This document shows positions 48,794-58,415 of a stretch of 64,000 nucleotides of DNA, piece after piece (the stretch's first letter is position 1; each line of letters starts with the position of its first letter). Origin of the DNA: Verrucomicrobiia bacterium (GTDB lineage: Bacteria > Verrucomicrobiota > Verrucomicrobiia > Limisphaerales > UBA1319). Made by a program: the position numbers and the translations under genes. The notes beneath the pieces are model-generated. The model made no database searches. It saw only the letters and a list, made by a program, of their open reading frames with translations, and had not been told where the DNA came from. The stretch covers positions 4,608,001-4,672,000 of the forward strand of contig OY760937.1 in assembly GCA_963664225.1 (NCBI GenBank). Direction: 5' to 3'.

Positions 48794-49063
48794 ATGACAA
48801 TGAAAACCGCAGCGGAAAAACTGAAAGACTCCAAAGTATTCCTGAAGAACGCGAAACAGGCGACGAAGCAGCTCGAAAAATTCACCGAACTGCTCGAAAA
48901 AGACCCAAAATTCCAACAGCTTTGGGAAAAAGATTCAGCAGCAGCACTTCGTCAGGTGGGCATCAACCCTGATGCGCGAATGGAAATGGGAAAGCCCCCC
49001 TACAGCAAAGGTCCCGAATGCACTTGGTGCTACACGCCTTTGGGGAATCTTTGTCACTGCTAG
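48794..49063 (+). CDS. Small protein, RiPP-precursor-like (helical leader + Cys-rich core)
   Basis: RBS gagga; DPKFQQLWEKDSAAALRQVGI leader; C-terminal CTWCYTPLGNLCHC. Confidence 0.65.
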   Translation: MTMKTAAEKLKDSKVFLKNAKQATKQLEKFTELLEKDPKFQQLWEKDSAAALRQVGINPDARMEMGKPPYSKGPECTWCYTPLGNLCHC

Positions 49064-49127
49064 AAAACGAACCATCCGGAATGGTCCGTGGCAGCGGCAT
49101 GATAACGACAGTCACAACCCGGCGTGA

Positions 49128-49230
49128 CGGTTGATTGACGCGCGCGTTGGGAATGTGCCGCCCCGCTGGGGCTTGGAAATTGGTGTGGGCTGGCGTGCTA
49201 TAAACATGCCGCGCCTCTGGCGCTTCGGAT
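49128..49230 (+). repeat. 103-bp REP-like direct repeat, copy 1
   Basis: About 8 mismatches (hand count) to 49744-49846. Confidence 0.9.
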
Positions 49231-49449
49231 GTGGGACTTGGGAGATGAACGCGCGCGGGACTTGGAGATGAACGCACGCAAAATAACTCCGTAGGAGAAG
49301 CCAACAGCCTCGCCCTACCATTGGGCGCTCGGGGGGTGAGCAAGATAGGATAGCTCGGCGAGCCTCGCCCTACCGGGACGCCCCCCGTTCGGCAGGGTTC
49401 CTAATTATCGGTTGAGACCAGTCGTCATGCGGCCTATTGTAAATATGGT

Positions 49450-49743
49450 ATGACTGTTCCGATGATGCTTAAAAAGCCGAGCGCGTTTCTCCCCCTGGCC
49501 TTGTCGTTTGCCGCACTGGCCATCGTGCTTGGGCACGTCGTTCTCTTCGGGGCTGCTCGTGAAGCCGATGAGGGGACTGCAGCCCATCTCTGGCAGCTAC
49601 TCATGGCTGCACAGTTACCGGTTATGCTGTTTTTTGCCGTCAGATGGCTGCCGCGCAGTCCAAAGCAGGCCCTGCCGATAATGGCGTTGCAAGCCTGTTC
49701 CGCTGTCGCTGCACTTGCGCCCGTTTACTTTCTCAACCTTTAG
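49450..49743 (+). CDS. Small three-TM membrane protein
   Basis: ADEGTAAHLWQLLM motif; hydrophobic. Confidence 0.75.
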   Translation: MTVPMMLKKPSAFLPLALSFAALAIVLGHVVLFGAAREADEGTAAHLWQLLMAAQLPVMLFFAVRWLPRSPKQALPIMALQACSAVAALAPVYFLNL

Positions 49744-49846
49744 CGGTTGATTGACGCGCGGGTTGGGAACGGGCCGCTCCGCTGGGGCTTGGAAATTGGT
49801 GTGGGATTGGGTGCTATAAACATGCCGCGCCTCCGGCGCTTCGGAT
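49744..49846 (+). repeat. 103-bp REP-like direct repeat, copy 2
   Basis: Starts immediately after the TAG of 49450-49743. Confidence 0.9.
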
Positions 49847-49959
49847 TTTGCCAAATGAATGCGATTTAAAGCGTTCTCCTGAGCCTGGGCATGGATTGGA
49901 ATGCGCCATCGGCGTTTTGCAAATTGTCATGGGGGAATGGTTTGCTGTATAAACGGGGC

Positions 49960-50886
49960 GTGCCGGAAATCGGACATCCAATAATATCAGCGACAACGCG
50001 CTATTGCGCGGTGCTTGGGCATCCGGTCAGGCATTCCGCCTCGCCCGCGATGCACAATGCGGCGCTGGAAACCATGGGGCTGGATTGGCGTTACCTGGCG
50101 TTCGATGTGGAGGCGGAGCATCTGGAGACCGCGCTGGCCGGGGCGCTGCGGATGGGATTCATCGGGCTGAACTTGACGGTGCCGCACAAATTGGCGGCGC
50201 ATCGCTGGGTGACGGAACTGGATGAGGCAGCGCGGTTTTGGGGGGCGGTCAATACCATCCGCTTTGAAACCAAAAACAAGGCGGGCGAGTGGTGTTCCGT
50301 GGGGACGCTGGCGCCGGAGCAAATTGGGACGGTGCGGGCGAAGGGATTTAACACGGACGCGGATGCGATCGTTCGCGCGATACAGGAGGATCTGGCTTTG
50401 GACCTGCGCGGTCTGCGCGTGTTGCTTCTTGGGGCTGGAGGGGCCGGACGGGTGGCGGCAATCAAACTGGCGTCCGCCGGGGTCGGCCATTTGCACCTGA
50501 TCAATCGGACACAGGAAAAGGCGGCCGTGGTGGCCAGGGAGATCCAACGACATTTTCCGCAGGTTGGTGTTTCCCTTGAATACCCGGGCGAGCCTGTCGA
50601 TCTTGTCGTCAATGCGACTTCGCTGGGGCTTCTGCCAACCGATGAATTGCCGTTGGACGAATGGCTATGCCCGTTGAGCAAGGTGGGGGCCGTGTTTGAC
50701 ATGATTTACCGGCCGGCGGTAACGCCGTTGTTGAAACAGGCGCGCGCGCGGGGTTGCCGTGTGGCCAATGGGTTGGGCATGTTGCTGTATCAGGGGGCGG
50801 CGGCGCTGGAATTGTGGACTGGGAGGCCCGCGCCTTTGGGGGTGATGCGTGCGGCATTGAATGGGAATATTTATGGCGATGTTTGA
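49960..50886 (+). CDS. aroE: Shikimate dehydrogenase
   Basis: GHPVRHSASPAMHN, NLTVPHK, GAVNT, NTD, GAGGAGR, DMIYRP, GLGMLLYQG. Confidence 0.93.
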   Translation: MPEIGHPIISATTRYCAVLGHPVRHSASPAMHNAALETMGLDWRYLAFDVEAEHLETALAGALRMGFIGLNLTVPHKLAAHRWVTELDEAARFWGAVNTIRFETKNKAGEWCSVGTLAPEQIGTVRAKGFNTDADAIVRAIQEDLALDLRGLRVLLLGAGGAGRVAAIKLASAGVGHLHLINRTQEKAAVVAREIQRHFPQVGVSLEYPGEPVDLVVNATSLGLLPTDELPLDEWLCPLSKVGAVFDMIYRPAVTPLLKQARARGCRVANGLGMLLYQGAAALELWTGRPAPLGVMRAALNGNIYGDV

Positions 50887-51973
50887 TGCTAAAGCGTGGG
50901 CCGCTGTGCCTTTTCATTTTTGGACGGTCGTGTTTTTTGCCTTTGGGAGCATCGTGGGGAGCTTTCTGAATGTGTGCATTTACCGGATGCCGCGCGGGGA
51001 GAGCATCGTGTCGCCGCCGTCGCATTGCCCGCATTGCAACTACAGCATTCCGTGGTATCTGAATATTCCCCTGGTTACGTGGCTGTTTCTGCGGGGCAAA
51101 TGCGCGCATTGCGGGGCACCCATTTCACCGCGCTATTTCGTGGTGGAACTACTCACGGCGCTGCTTTTTTCGGGCTGCTGGCTCATGCATGGTCACACGG
51201 CGGCGCTGCTGGCGCTGGCTTATTGCATGCTTCTGGGCGGGCTGGTGGTGGCGGCATTCATTGACCTGGAGCACTTCATCATTCCCGACGAGATCACGAT
51301 TGGAGGAACGGTGGCCGGTTTTTTATGGGCCTTTGTCGTTCCGGTAATGCATCAGAGCAAGAGTCGCACGGAGTCGCTCGAACGGAGTTTAGTGGGGATC
51401 GTGGTGGGGGCGGGGATTGTCTATGCGATATTACGGCTGGCGAAAGTATTTTTTGGCCGCCAGCGCTTCGAGCTTCCACCGGAGACGCTGGTGGTGTTCG
51501 GCGAAACGGGCCTGAAATTGCCGGATCGGGAGATTCCATATGAGGAAATATTTTACCGGAAATCGGATGCCATTACATTAAAGGCGAAAACGGTTCAGAT
51601 GGGCGAACGGAAGTTTGAGGATGCAACAGTGCGGTTGAAGCCCGATGAATTAAAAATAAACGAGGAAACCTTCAAGCCGGAAGAAGTGAAAAATCTCGAG
51701 GTCGTGACGGATCTGATTACGGTGCCCCGCGAGGCGATGGGGCTGGGGGACGTGAAATTCATGGCGGCCATCGGGGCGTTTCTGGGATGGCAGGGGGCGA
51801 TCTTCTCGTTGATGATCAGTTCTGTGATCGGCGCGCTGGTGGGCGTGGGATTGATCCTGCTCCGGCGCAAGGAATGGTCGAGCCGCATTCCTTACGGACC
51901 CTATATCGCGCTGGCGGCGGCCTTGTGGGTGTTTGGCGGGCGAAGCTGGGTGGTGTGGTGGTTTTCCATGTAG
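50873..51973 (+). CDS. pilD: Prepilin peptidase (A24)
   Basis: GSFLNVCIYRMP, CPHC..CAHC, FIDLEHFIIPD, MGLGDVK, IPYGPYI. Confidence 0.92.
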   Translation: MAMFDAKAWAAVPFHFWTVVFFAFGSIVGSFLNVCIYRMPRGESIVSPPSHCPHCNYSIPWYLNIPLVTWLFLRGKCAHCGAPISPRYFVVELLTALLFSGCWLMHGHTAALLALAYCMLLGGLVVAAFIDLEHFIIPDEITIGGTVAGFLWAFVVPVMHQSKSRTESLERSLVGIVVGAGIVYAILRLAKVFFGRQRFELPPETLVVFGETGLKLPDREIPYEEIFYRKSDAITLKAKTVQMGERKFEDATVRLKPDELKINEETFKPEEVKNLEVVTDLITVPREAMGLGDVKFMAAIGAFLGWQGAIFSLMISSVIGALVGVGLILLRRKEWSSRIPYGPYIALAAALWVFGGRSWVVWWFSM

Positions 51974-52370
51974 AGCGCAATCTGGTGGATGCATGACAAA
52001 ATTCTTCGGCAAGCGAAAAAGTCCTTAAAAAGGGCATGCGAGTATATACGAAACAAACATAGCAAGAGTTTCGGGAATGGCCGGGCGCCGATTGAGGGTC
52101 CGGCAAAGGTCAGAGGTGGAAGGACGACCGCCCTCAACCCGGCCTTCCCCCAGGAGAAGGAGGAGTATTGCGAGCCCTGGGTTTATTGCACGGTTTGGAG
52201 GATACCGCCGCGTCGGATTACATGCCCCACATCGCAGACTGGAGTCCTGGCTGGGTTCGTACGGTTTAGGCTTCTACCAGCTTCCTGAATTTTGTCCTGC
52301 ACCCCATTCTGCTTTGAGTGGTCAGCCAAGCTTGCCATGTGTGCCGCTCATTCCCTATAAAGGCGCCCAT

Positions 52371-53003
52371 ATGTTCAAGGGTCTTATTGCGTGGTATATG
52401 GCCACACTGAAAACAGGCGGATATCCATTGATCGCCTTGTTGATGGCCATCGAGAGTTCCGTACTTCCGCTTCCCAGCGAGTTTGTCATTCCCCCGGCGG
52501 CGCATCTGGCGCACACGCAGGGGACGTTCAGCCTTGTCGGCATCGTCCTGGCGGGAATGTTCGGCTCGTGGGTGGGGGCTTCCGCGATGTATTGGATGGC
52601 GCGCTGGGCGGGGCGTCCGCTGGCATTGCGCTATGGACGGTATTTCATGATTTCAGAGGAGAAAATAAGGGGCGCGGAACGATGGGCGGCGCGGTTCGGA
52701 TCGATTGGCATATTCATCTCGCGATTGCTTCCCGTGGTGCGGCATTTGATCGGGATTCCAGCGGGAATCGTCCGGATGGATTACCGGCATTTTTCAATTT
52801 ACACGATGGTGGGTTCCGGGGTGTGGTGCGCGGTGCTTTGCTGGATTGGCATCGTGGCGGGACAGGATGAAAAACTGATGGCGGGCCAGATGCATAGAGT
52901 GACATTGTGGCTGGCGGCTGCGGTTTTGGTGATTGGAGTGATGTATTATTTTTTAGTGCACCGTTACATGAAAGAAACTCCATCAGGGGGCGACAAAGCG
53001 TAG
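52371..53003 (+). CDS. DedA family membrane protein
   Basis: IESSVLPLPSE, ISRLLPVVRHLIGIPAG. Confidence 0.92.
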   Translation: MFKGLIAWYMATLKTGGYPLIALLMAIESSVLPLPSEFVIPPAAHLAHTQGTFSLVGIVLAGMFGSWVGASAMYWMARWAGRPLALRYGRYFMISEEKIRGAERWAARFGSIGIFISRLLPVVRHLIGIPAGIVRMDYRHFSIYTMVGSGVWCAVLCWIGIVAGQDEKLMAGQMHRVTLWLAAAVLVIGVMYYFLVHRYMKETPSGGDKA

Positions 53004-53024
53004 CCAAAGATGGCAGGTGGTTGC

Positions 53025-54251
53025 ATGAACATTCTGGTTCTAAACGCGGGTTCCACGAGCTTGAAATTTGCCTTGTTTGGGGCGGGGGGCGATGAGGCGT
53101 TGTTAGCCGGTGGAATCGACTGGCCTGATGGCAATCGATCTCAAGCCTGCATGACGATCCACCGCGCGGGGGTCGCGACGGAACTGGCGCGGGTGAACGT
53201 GCCGAATGGGTCCGCGGCAGCGCGCTGTGCGATAGAGGCGGTGTCGCGGGAGTTTCGCATCGGCGCGGCGGGGCATCGGGTGGTGCATGGGGGGGCGGCG
53301 TTTCGGGAAAGCCGGCTGGTGGATGGAGGGGTTAAATCCGCCATGGCTGGTCTGGCGCAGCTGGCGCCGCTGCATAATCCTCCCGCCCTGGAGGCGATTG
53401 AAGGGGTGGAGAAGGCGCTGCCGGGCGCGCCCCAAGTGGCGGTGTTCGACACCGCATTTTTCAGCGGGCTGCCGGAGCGGACTTATCTTTTCGGCCTGCC
53501 CTACGGTTGGAATGAACGCTACGGGGCGAGACGTTATGGTTTTCACGGCATCAGCATCGCCTACTGCGCGGCGCGCGCGGCGGAGTTGCTGGGAAAGCCG
53601 GATTTGCGGCTCGTCATCTGTCATCTGGGCGGCGGTTGCTCGGCGACCGCGGTCAAGGCTGGATTCCCGGTGCGCACTACGATGGGGTTTTCGACGTTGG
53701 ACGGACTGATGATGGGAACGCGATGTGGGGCGGTGGATCCCGGTTTGCTGTTGTATTTGCAGCGTGAATGCGGCGTCAAACTTGACGAGTTGGACCGCGC
53801 GCTGACTTGCGAATCGGGGCTGTTCGGGATTTCAGGCCTTTCTGCGGACATGGCGCAAATTGAAGTTGCAGCGGGGCAGGGGAACGAACGGGCCCGGCTT
53901 GCCTTTGGCATGTTCGCGGACCAGGTGCGCACGGCGATTGGAGGACTGGCGGTGAGCATGGGAGGATTGGACGCGTTGGTGTTCACGGATCGCATTGGAG
54001 AAAATTCACCGGCGTTACGCGCGGCGGCCTGTCAGGGACTGGAATGCCTGGGGGTGCATCTGGATGTGTCGCGGAACGATTCTTGTGCGGCCGATGCCGA
54101 TGTGGCCACTGCTCAATCCCCGGCGCGGGTGCTTGTACTGCGAACGCGCGAGGAGTTGATGATCGCGCGAGAAACCCGGAGCGTGGTGGCCGGGGCATGG
54201 GAGGAGTCAGTGGGTGTAAAAAAACACGGTATCGGTTCTTGCGCAAGATGA
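53025..54251 (+). CDS. ackA: Acetate/propionate kinase
   Basis: ILVLNAGSTSLKF, GHRVVHGG, APLHN, VFDTAF, RRYGFHG, GTRCG, TREELMIA. Confidence 0.9.
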   Translation: MNILVLNAGSTSLKFALFGAGGDEALLAGGIDWPDGNRSQACMTIHRAGVATELARVNVPNGSAAARCAIEAVSREFRIGAAGHRVVHGGAAFRESRLVDGGVKSAMAGLAQLAPLHNPPALEAIEGVEKALPGAPQVAVFDTAFFSGLPERTYLFGLPYGWNERYGARRYGFHGISIAYCAARAAELLGKPDLRLVICHLGGGCSATAVKAGFPVRTTMGFSTLDGLMMGTRCGAVDPGLLLYLQRECGVKLDELDRALTCESGLFGISGLSADMAQIEVAAGQGNERARLAFGMFADQVRTAIGGLAVSMGGLDALVFTDRIGENSPALRAAACQGLECLGVHLDVSRNDSCAADADVATAQSPARVLVLRTREELMIARETRSVVAGAWEESVGVKKHGIGSCAR

Positions 54252-55426
54252 ATTCTTCCAGGAATTCAATGCTCGACATGATTCGCGGTCTGGCCGCGTT
54301 GGAGGTCGCATTGAGCCATTTGCGGGGGTTCCTCTTCGATGATTATTTCCACCTCGTGAATCCGAGTTTATTGGTCAAAGTATTTTACTTTCTGACCGGA
54401 TTCGGACATCAGTCCGTGACCGTTTTTTTTGTGCTTTCCGGTTATTTGGTGGGTGGATCGGTGCTGGCGGCCCGGAGCGAGGGCTTTTTCGTCCGTTATT
54501 CGGTTCAGCGGTTGTCCCGGCTTTGGATTGTCCTTCTGCCGTGTCTGGCGGCCACCGCCCTATGGAATCTGCTGGGCTATCATGTCGGAGGGGCCGATTT
54601 CCTGAACGGGAAACTCGATGCGCGTACGTTTGTCGTTCTGCCTGTTCGCACCGATATTTTTGCATTTCTGGGGAACTTGTTTTTTCTACAGACCATTGTC
54701 ACACCGGTGTATGGGGACAATGTCCCGCTCTGGAGTCTTGCGAATGAATTCTGGTATTACGTACTCTTTCCACTGCTTTATTTTGGATTCAAGAAAGAGA
54801 CCCGTAATAAGATTCTCCTGCGCGGCATCTGTGTCGCATCCGGGATCGCAATCCTGATGGCCCTTCCCTGGGGAATTTGCCTTGGCTTTATTGTGTGGCT
54901 CTCCGGGATGGCGATTGCGGCGTTCGAGAAACACGGCATCGATAAAATATTCAGCAGCAAGTGGTATGGAGTTCCGGTGATCTTAACGTGTGCCGGGGTG
55001 TTTGCCTGTTCGCGCTTCCACTTTATTCACGATATCGTGCTCGGGCTGAGCTTTGCCGCGGCATTGCCGGTTTTTATGCGGCTGCCAAGTCTTCCCAAAT
55101 TGGTGGCATTGCCATCGGCGTGGCTGGCCGATTTTTCCTATACGCTTTACCTGGCGCATTTCTCGCTGGCTGCGTTCATTTGGTACGGAATCTTCGATTC
55201 GCAGCGACTCCAACCCTCCTGGGCCGCAGGGGGCCGTTATGGGTTTTCGGCTCTTGTGGTCATTGCCTACTCATTCGGTTTGTCGCTCCTGTTCGAGCGG
55301 AACACGGACAAATTGCGTCGTTTCGTGATGCGTCATTTGCCGGGCCAGGAATCGAGTCGGGCGCTGGCTCAGCCCGTATCCGTTGCGGCGGCGACTAATG
55401 AGGACAAGAACCGGCGTGAGTCTTGA
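54248..55426 (+). CDS. Acyltransferase-3 (OafA-like) membrane protein
   Basis: LDMIRGLAA, FFVLSGYL, LWSLANEFWYY, SYTLYLAH. Confidence 0.9.
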   Translation: MNSSRNSMLDMIRGLAALEVALSHLRGFLFDDYFHLVNPSLLVKVFYFLTGFGHQSVTVFFVLSGYLVGGSVLAARSEGFFVRYSVQRLSRLWIVLLPCLAATALWNLLGYHVGGADFLNGKLDARTFVVLPVRTDIFAFLGNLFFLQTIVTPVYGDNVPLWSLANEFWYYVLFPLLYFGFKKETRNKILLRGICVASGIAILMALPWGICLGFIVWLSGMAIAAFEKHGIDKIFSSKWYGVPVILTCAGVFACSRFHFIHDIVLGLSFAAALPVFMRLPSLPKLVALPSAWLADFSYTLYLAHFSLAAFIWYGIFDSQRLQPSWAAGGRYGFSALVVIAYSFGLSLLFERNTDKLRRFVMRHLPGQESSRALAQPVSVAAATNEDKNRRES

Positions 55427-55559
55427 GCGTTTTCTGAAACTTCGAAGAGCAGTTGCTGGTGGGCTATCATAAGTCAGCGCTCCTGCGGGGGAGGTGTTTC
55501 CTGGCATGCACCAGATGGCTGGATGATGACGGGGGTCAAAACGCTTTTTGGAGGACCTT

Positions 55560-55870
55560 GGTTGAACCCCTGATACGGTTTCCACAGGTAATCATCCGTT
55601 GGCGAGGAGAGCCCCGGGAAGCTCCCCGCAGCTAACGGTGAATAACTGTGCCGCCGCCAAAAAATCGAGCGGTGAAAAACTTTTGTCGCCGGAGTATAAT
55701 GCTTCTGGCGGCATCGCCCCGGATGGATCACGGTCATACACCCCTTGTCTTAAGAAGACTGAGGAGAGTTTACCGGCCCGTCCGACGGCGCCTGTCAAAA
55801 AGTCTGAGAGAACTATTGCCCGCGAGGCTTCCTGTATCAGGTTGACTGACGACAGCGCTCCGATGCCCCG
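55560..55870 (+). ncRNA. Putative bridge RNA in the IS110 left end (limits approximate)
   Basis: Position upstream of the recombinase; AGAGAACTAT (55807-16) equals the predicted donor junction; GAGAGTT (55764-70) is the reverse complement of the right flank. Confidence 0.55.
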
Positions 55871-55883
55871 TAACGGAGGATCT

Positions 55884-57134
55884 ATGAAATCATGGTTGGA
55901 GATATCCTGTTTTGCCGGATTGGATTGGGCCCGGGATCATCACGATGTGGTCATCGTCGATCGAGAGGGCAAGATCGTGGAACAGTTCCGCTTCGAGCAT
56001 TCCCAGGAAGGCTGGGAGCAATGGCGGAAAAAGACGGCGCCCTTCGCCCCTTTGGCGGTGGCCATTGAGACGAGCTTCGGCACGGCTGTGGACCAGCTCC
56101 TGAGGGGGGAGGCAACGGTCTATCCGGTCAATCCCAAGAGCGCCCAGCGGTATCGGGATCGCAAGGTGCCCAGCGGCAGCAAGACCGATTTTCTGGATGC
56201 CTGGTCTCTGGCCGATGCCTTGCGGATCGACGGGCACGGTTGGAAAGCGCTGGTCCCAACGGACGCGCTGACCAGCCAGTTGCAGATGCTCTGCCGGGAT
56301 GAGGTTCATCTCATCGGTCAGCGCACGCTGTTCGTAAATCAATTGCAACAAGCTCTCTTGGAATACTATCCGGCGGCCCTGGAGGCCTTTGAGGATTGGA
56401 CCATGGCCTCGGCGTGGGATTTCATCATTGAGTTTCCAACGCCTCGTGCGCTGGTCAAAGCCGGCAAGCGACGGTGGGAAAAGTTCCTGCACGTTCATAA
56501 GCTCTGGCGGCCGGAAACCGCTGAAAAACGGATGGGCATTTTTGCACGGGCCGATCAGTTTTGCGGCTCGGCGGCCCTGACGGCGGCCAAGGGCACCCTG
56601 GCGGTGAGCCTGGCCAAAATGTTACGCACGTTGCAGCAGCAACTGGATGTTTATCACGCGCAAATCCAGGCCTTGTTTGCACAGCACCCCGACCATGACT
56701 TGTTCGGTTCGCTGCCCGGAGCGGGCTCGTTTTTGGCTCCACGGCTGCTGGGAGAAATCGGCGGCGGGTCGGGCCGGTTTGAAAGCGCACAGCATCTGCA
56801 GGGCATTGCGGGCACGGCTCCTGTGAGTTATCAATCGGGACAAATCGACAAGGTCCGCATCCGCCACCACTGCGACAAGTTCCTCCGCCATGCCGTGCAT
56901 CTGTGGAGCGATTGCAGTCGCAAGAAATGTCTTTGGGCACAGGTTTACTACCAGAAAAAACGGGAAGAGGGCAAAAGCCACGCTTGCGCTTTGCGGTGTC
57001 TGGGCCAGCGGTGGCTCAAAATCATCTGGAAAATGCTCCAAACCCACGCGCCCTACGATCCGGAAATACATGCCAAAAACCAGCAGCTGCATGGTTCGTG
57101 GGTGCTGAGTCTGCAGACCAAAACCGCCAGGTAA
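55884..57134 (+). CDS. IS110 family transposase/recombinase
   Basis: FAGLDWARDHHDV, VAIET, KTDFLDA, SLPGAG, GTAPVSYQSG; RBS ggagga. Confidence 0.95.
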   Translation: MKSWLEISCFAGLDWARDHHDVVIVDREGKIVEQFRFEHSQEGWEQWRKKTAPFAPLAVAIETSFGTAVDQLLRGEATVYPVNPKSAQRYRDRKVPSGSKTDFLDAWSLADALRIDGHGWKALVPTDALTSQLQMLCRDEVHLIGQRTLFVNQLQQALLEYYPAALEAFEDWTMASAWDFIIEFPTPRALVKAGKRRWEKFLHVHKLWRPETAEKRMGIFARADQFCGSAALTAAKGTLAVSLAKMLRTLQQQLDVYHAQIQALFAQHPDHDLFGSLPGAGSFLAPRLLGEIGGGSGRFESAQHLQGIAGTAPVSYQSGQIDKVRIRHHCDKFLRHAVHLWSDCSRKKCLWAQVYYQKKREEGKSHACALRCLGQRWLKIIWKMLQTHAPYDPEIHAKNQQLHGSWVLSLQTKTAR

Positions 57135-57195
57135 TTTTGGTGAATAACTTTTATGAAAAACCATTTTACAACACAGAGAACAACTCTCTTGTGTT

Positions 57196-57226
57196 CTCTC
57201 CCCGCTCGTGCCTCGCGGGGCGAGAG
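57196..57226. repeat. REP-like hairpin flanking the IS110 right end
   Basis: ctctccccgc-tcgtgcctc-gcggggcgagag. Confidence 0.6.
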
Positions 57227-57555
57227 GGTCAAATGGCATGTTTCGCGAAATGTTTAGTTTTGGAGGCATGGGAGCAGAAGAGATCGCGGGCGGCGTGCAG
57301 CGGACTGCCAGTCCAATATACTTCCATGTCGTTTTAAAGCCTTTTTCGGCTTTCTGAAGAGTTTTATCCTACGCCCGCAGGATGAACCGGGAGTAAACTG
57401 CCGTTGCAGACTTCGAGAAAAGGTGGTTTAATCCGCCGCGTTGAAGCGATGAGAATTGCTTTGTATCTGACGCGGGTGTCGGGTTTCCAAATGATTTAAC
57501 CTGGCACAAAGGCCGGTTTCCTCGAACACTCGCAAGCGGTTGGCGGTGAACGGTT

Positions 57556-57639
57556 GCGCGGGTGGTGGAATGGCAGACACGCCAGACTTAGGATCTGGTC
57601 CCGTAAGGGGTAGGGGTTCAAGTCCCCTCTCGCGCACCA
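57556..57639 (+). tRNA. tRNA-Leu (anticodon TAG)
   Basis: Acceptor gcgcggg/ctcgcgc + ACCA; anticodon arm ccaga-cttagga-tctgg; long variable arm; GGTTCAAGTCC T-arm. Confidence 0.96.
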
Positions 57640-57677
57640 CTTTTCGAGTCAATCTACAAGCGGTTTAATAACTTAAT

Positions 57678-58415
57678 ATGCGTATTTTGGGGATTATTCC
57701 TGCGCGGTTTGCCTCGACACGGTTTCCGGGCAAGCCGCTGGTGTTGATTGCGGGCAAGCCGCTCCTGCAACATGTGGTGGAGCGCTGCCAAAAGGCCGCC
57801 AGGCTCTCGGAAGTGGTGGTGGCCACGGACGACGCCCGTATTGAGGAGGCCGCCCGGAAGTTCTGCCGGGTGGAGATGACTTCGGAAAACCACCCCAGCG
57901 GGACGGACCGCGTGGCCGAGGTGGCGCGACGTTGCGCATGCGATGCGGTGGTGAATATCCAGGGCGACGAGCCGTTGATCGATCCGGCGGTGGTGGATGC
58001 CGTGGCCGGGGCTTTGGAGGGCGCGGAGATGTCCACGGCGGCGGCTCCAATCAAGGATTTTTCCGAATACGATAACGCGAATGTCGTAAAAGTCGTTGTC
58101 AACGCAGCCGGGCGGGCCTTATATTTTTCGCGGCGCACGATACCGTATGTGCGGGATTGGGCGCAGCGGCCGGTGGCCGAGCAGTTGGCGGCCTTTCCCT
58201 TTCTAAAACATCTGGGCATCTACGGGTATCGGCGTGAGACACTTTTGCGGCTTGTGCAGATGCCGGTATCAGCATTGGAACAGGCGGAGAAACTGGAGCA
58301 ATTGCGGGCTTTGGAAAATGGCCTGGACATTGCCGTGGTGAGGGTCAATTACGACAGCGTAGGGGTGGACGTTCCCGGAGACGTTCAGCGCGTCGAAGAA
58401 CGGATGCAAACTTGA
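57678..58415 (+). CDS. kdsB: 3-deoxy-manno-octulosonate cytidylyltransferase
   Basis: [38 protein letters not shown]. Confidence 0.96.
   Translation: MRILGIIPARFASTRFPGKPLVLIAGKPLLQHVVERCQKAARLSEVVVATDDARIEEAARKFCRVEMTSENHPSGTDRVAEVARRCACDAVVNIQGDEPLIDPAVVDAVAGALEGAEMSTAAAPIKDFSEYDNANVVKVVVNAAGRALYFSRRTIPYVRDWAQRPVAEQLAAFPFLKHLGIYGYRRETLLRLVQMPVSALEQAEKLEQLRALENGLDIAVVRVNYDSVGVDVPGDVQRVEERMQT

Larger units (their letters stand above)
55464..57181 (+). mobile_element. IS110-family insertion sequence (boundaries inferred)
   Basis: DEDD recombinase gene with ~420-bp left non-coding end and short right end; the predicted circle junction is matched inside the left end. Confidence 0.75.

Noticed and set aside
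55599..55883. N-terminal extension of the IS110 transposase
   Set aside because: RBS and DEDD-domain start support ATG 55884; the upstream region is better explained as the non-coding end
57165..57181. Junction-formed sigma70 promoter (TTTACA + TATCAT) on the IS110 circle
   Set aside because: Spacing would be only 11 bp with the inferred ends; not supportable
57556..57677. Genomic island integrated at tRNA-Leu
   Set aside because: No integrase and no duplicated tRNA 3' end; housekeeping kdsB follows immediately
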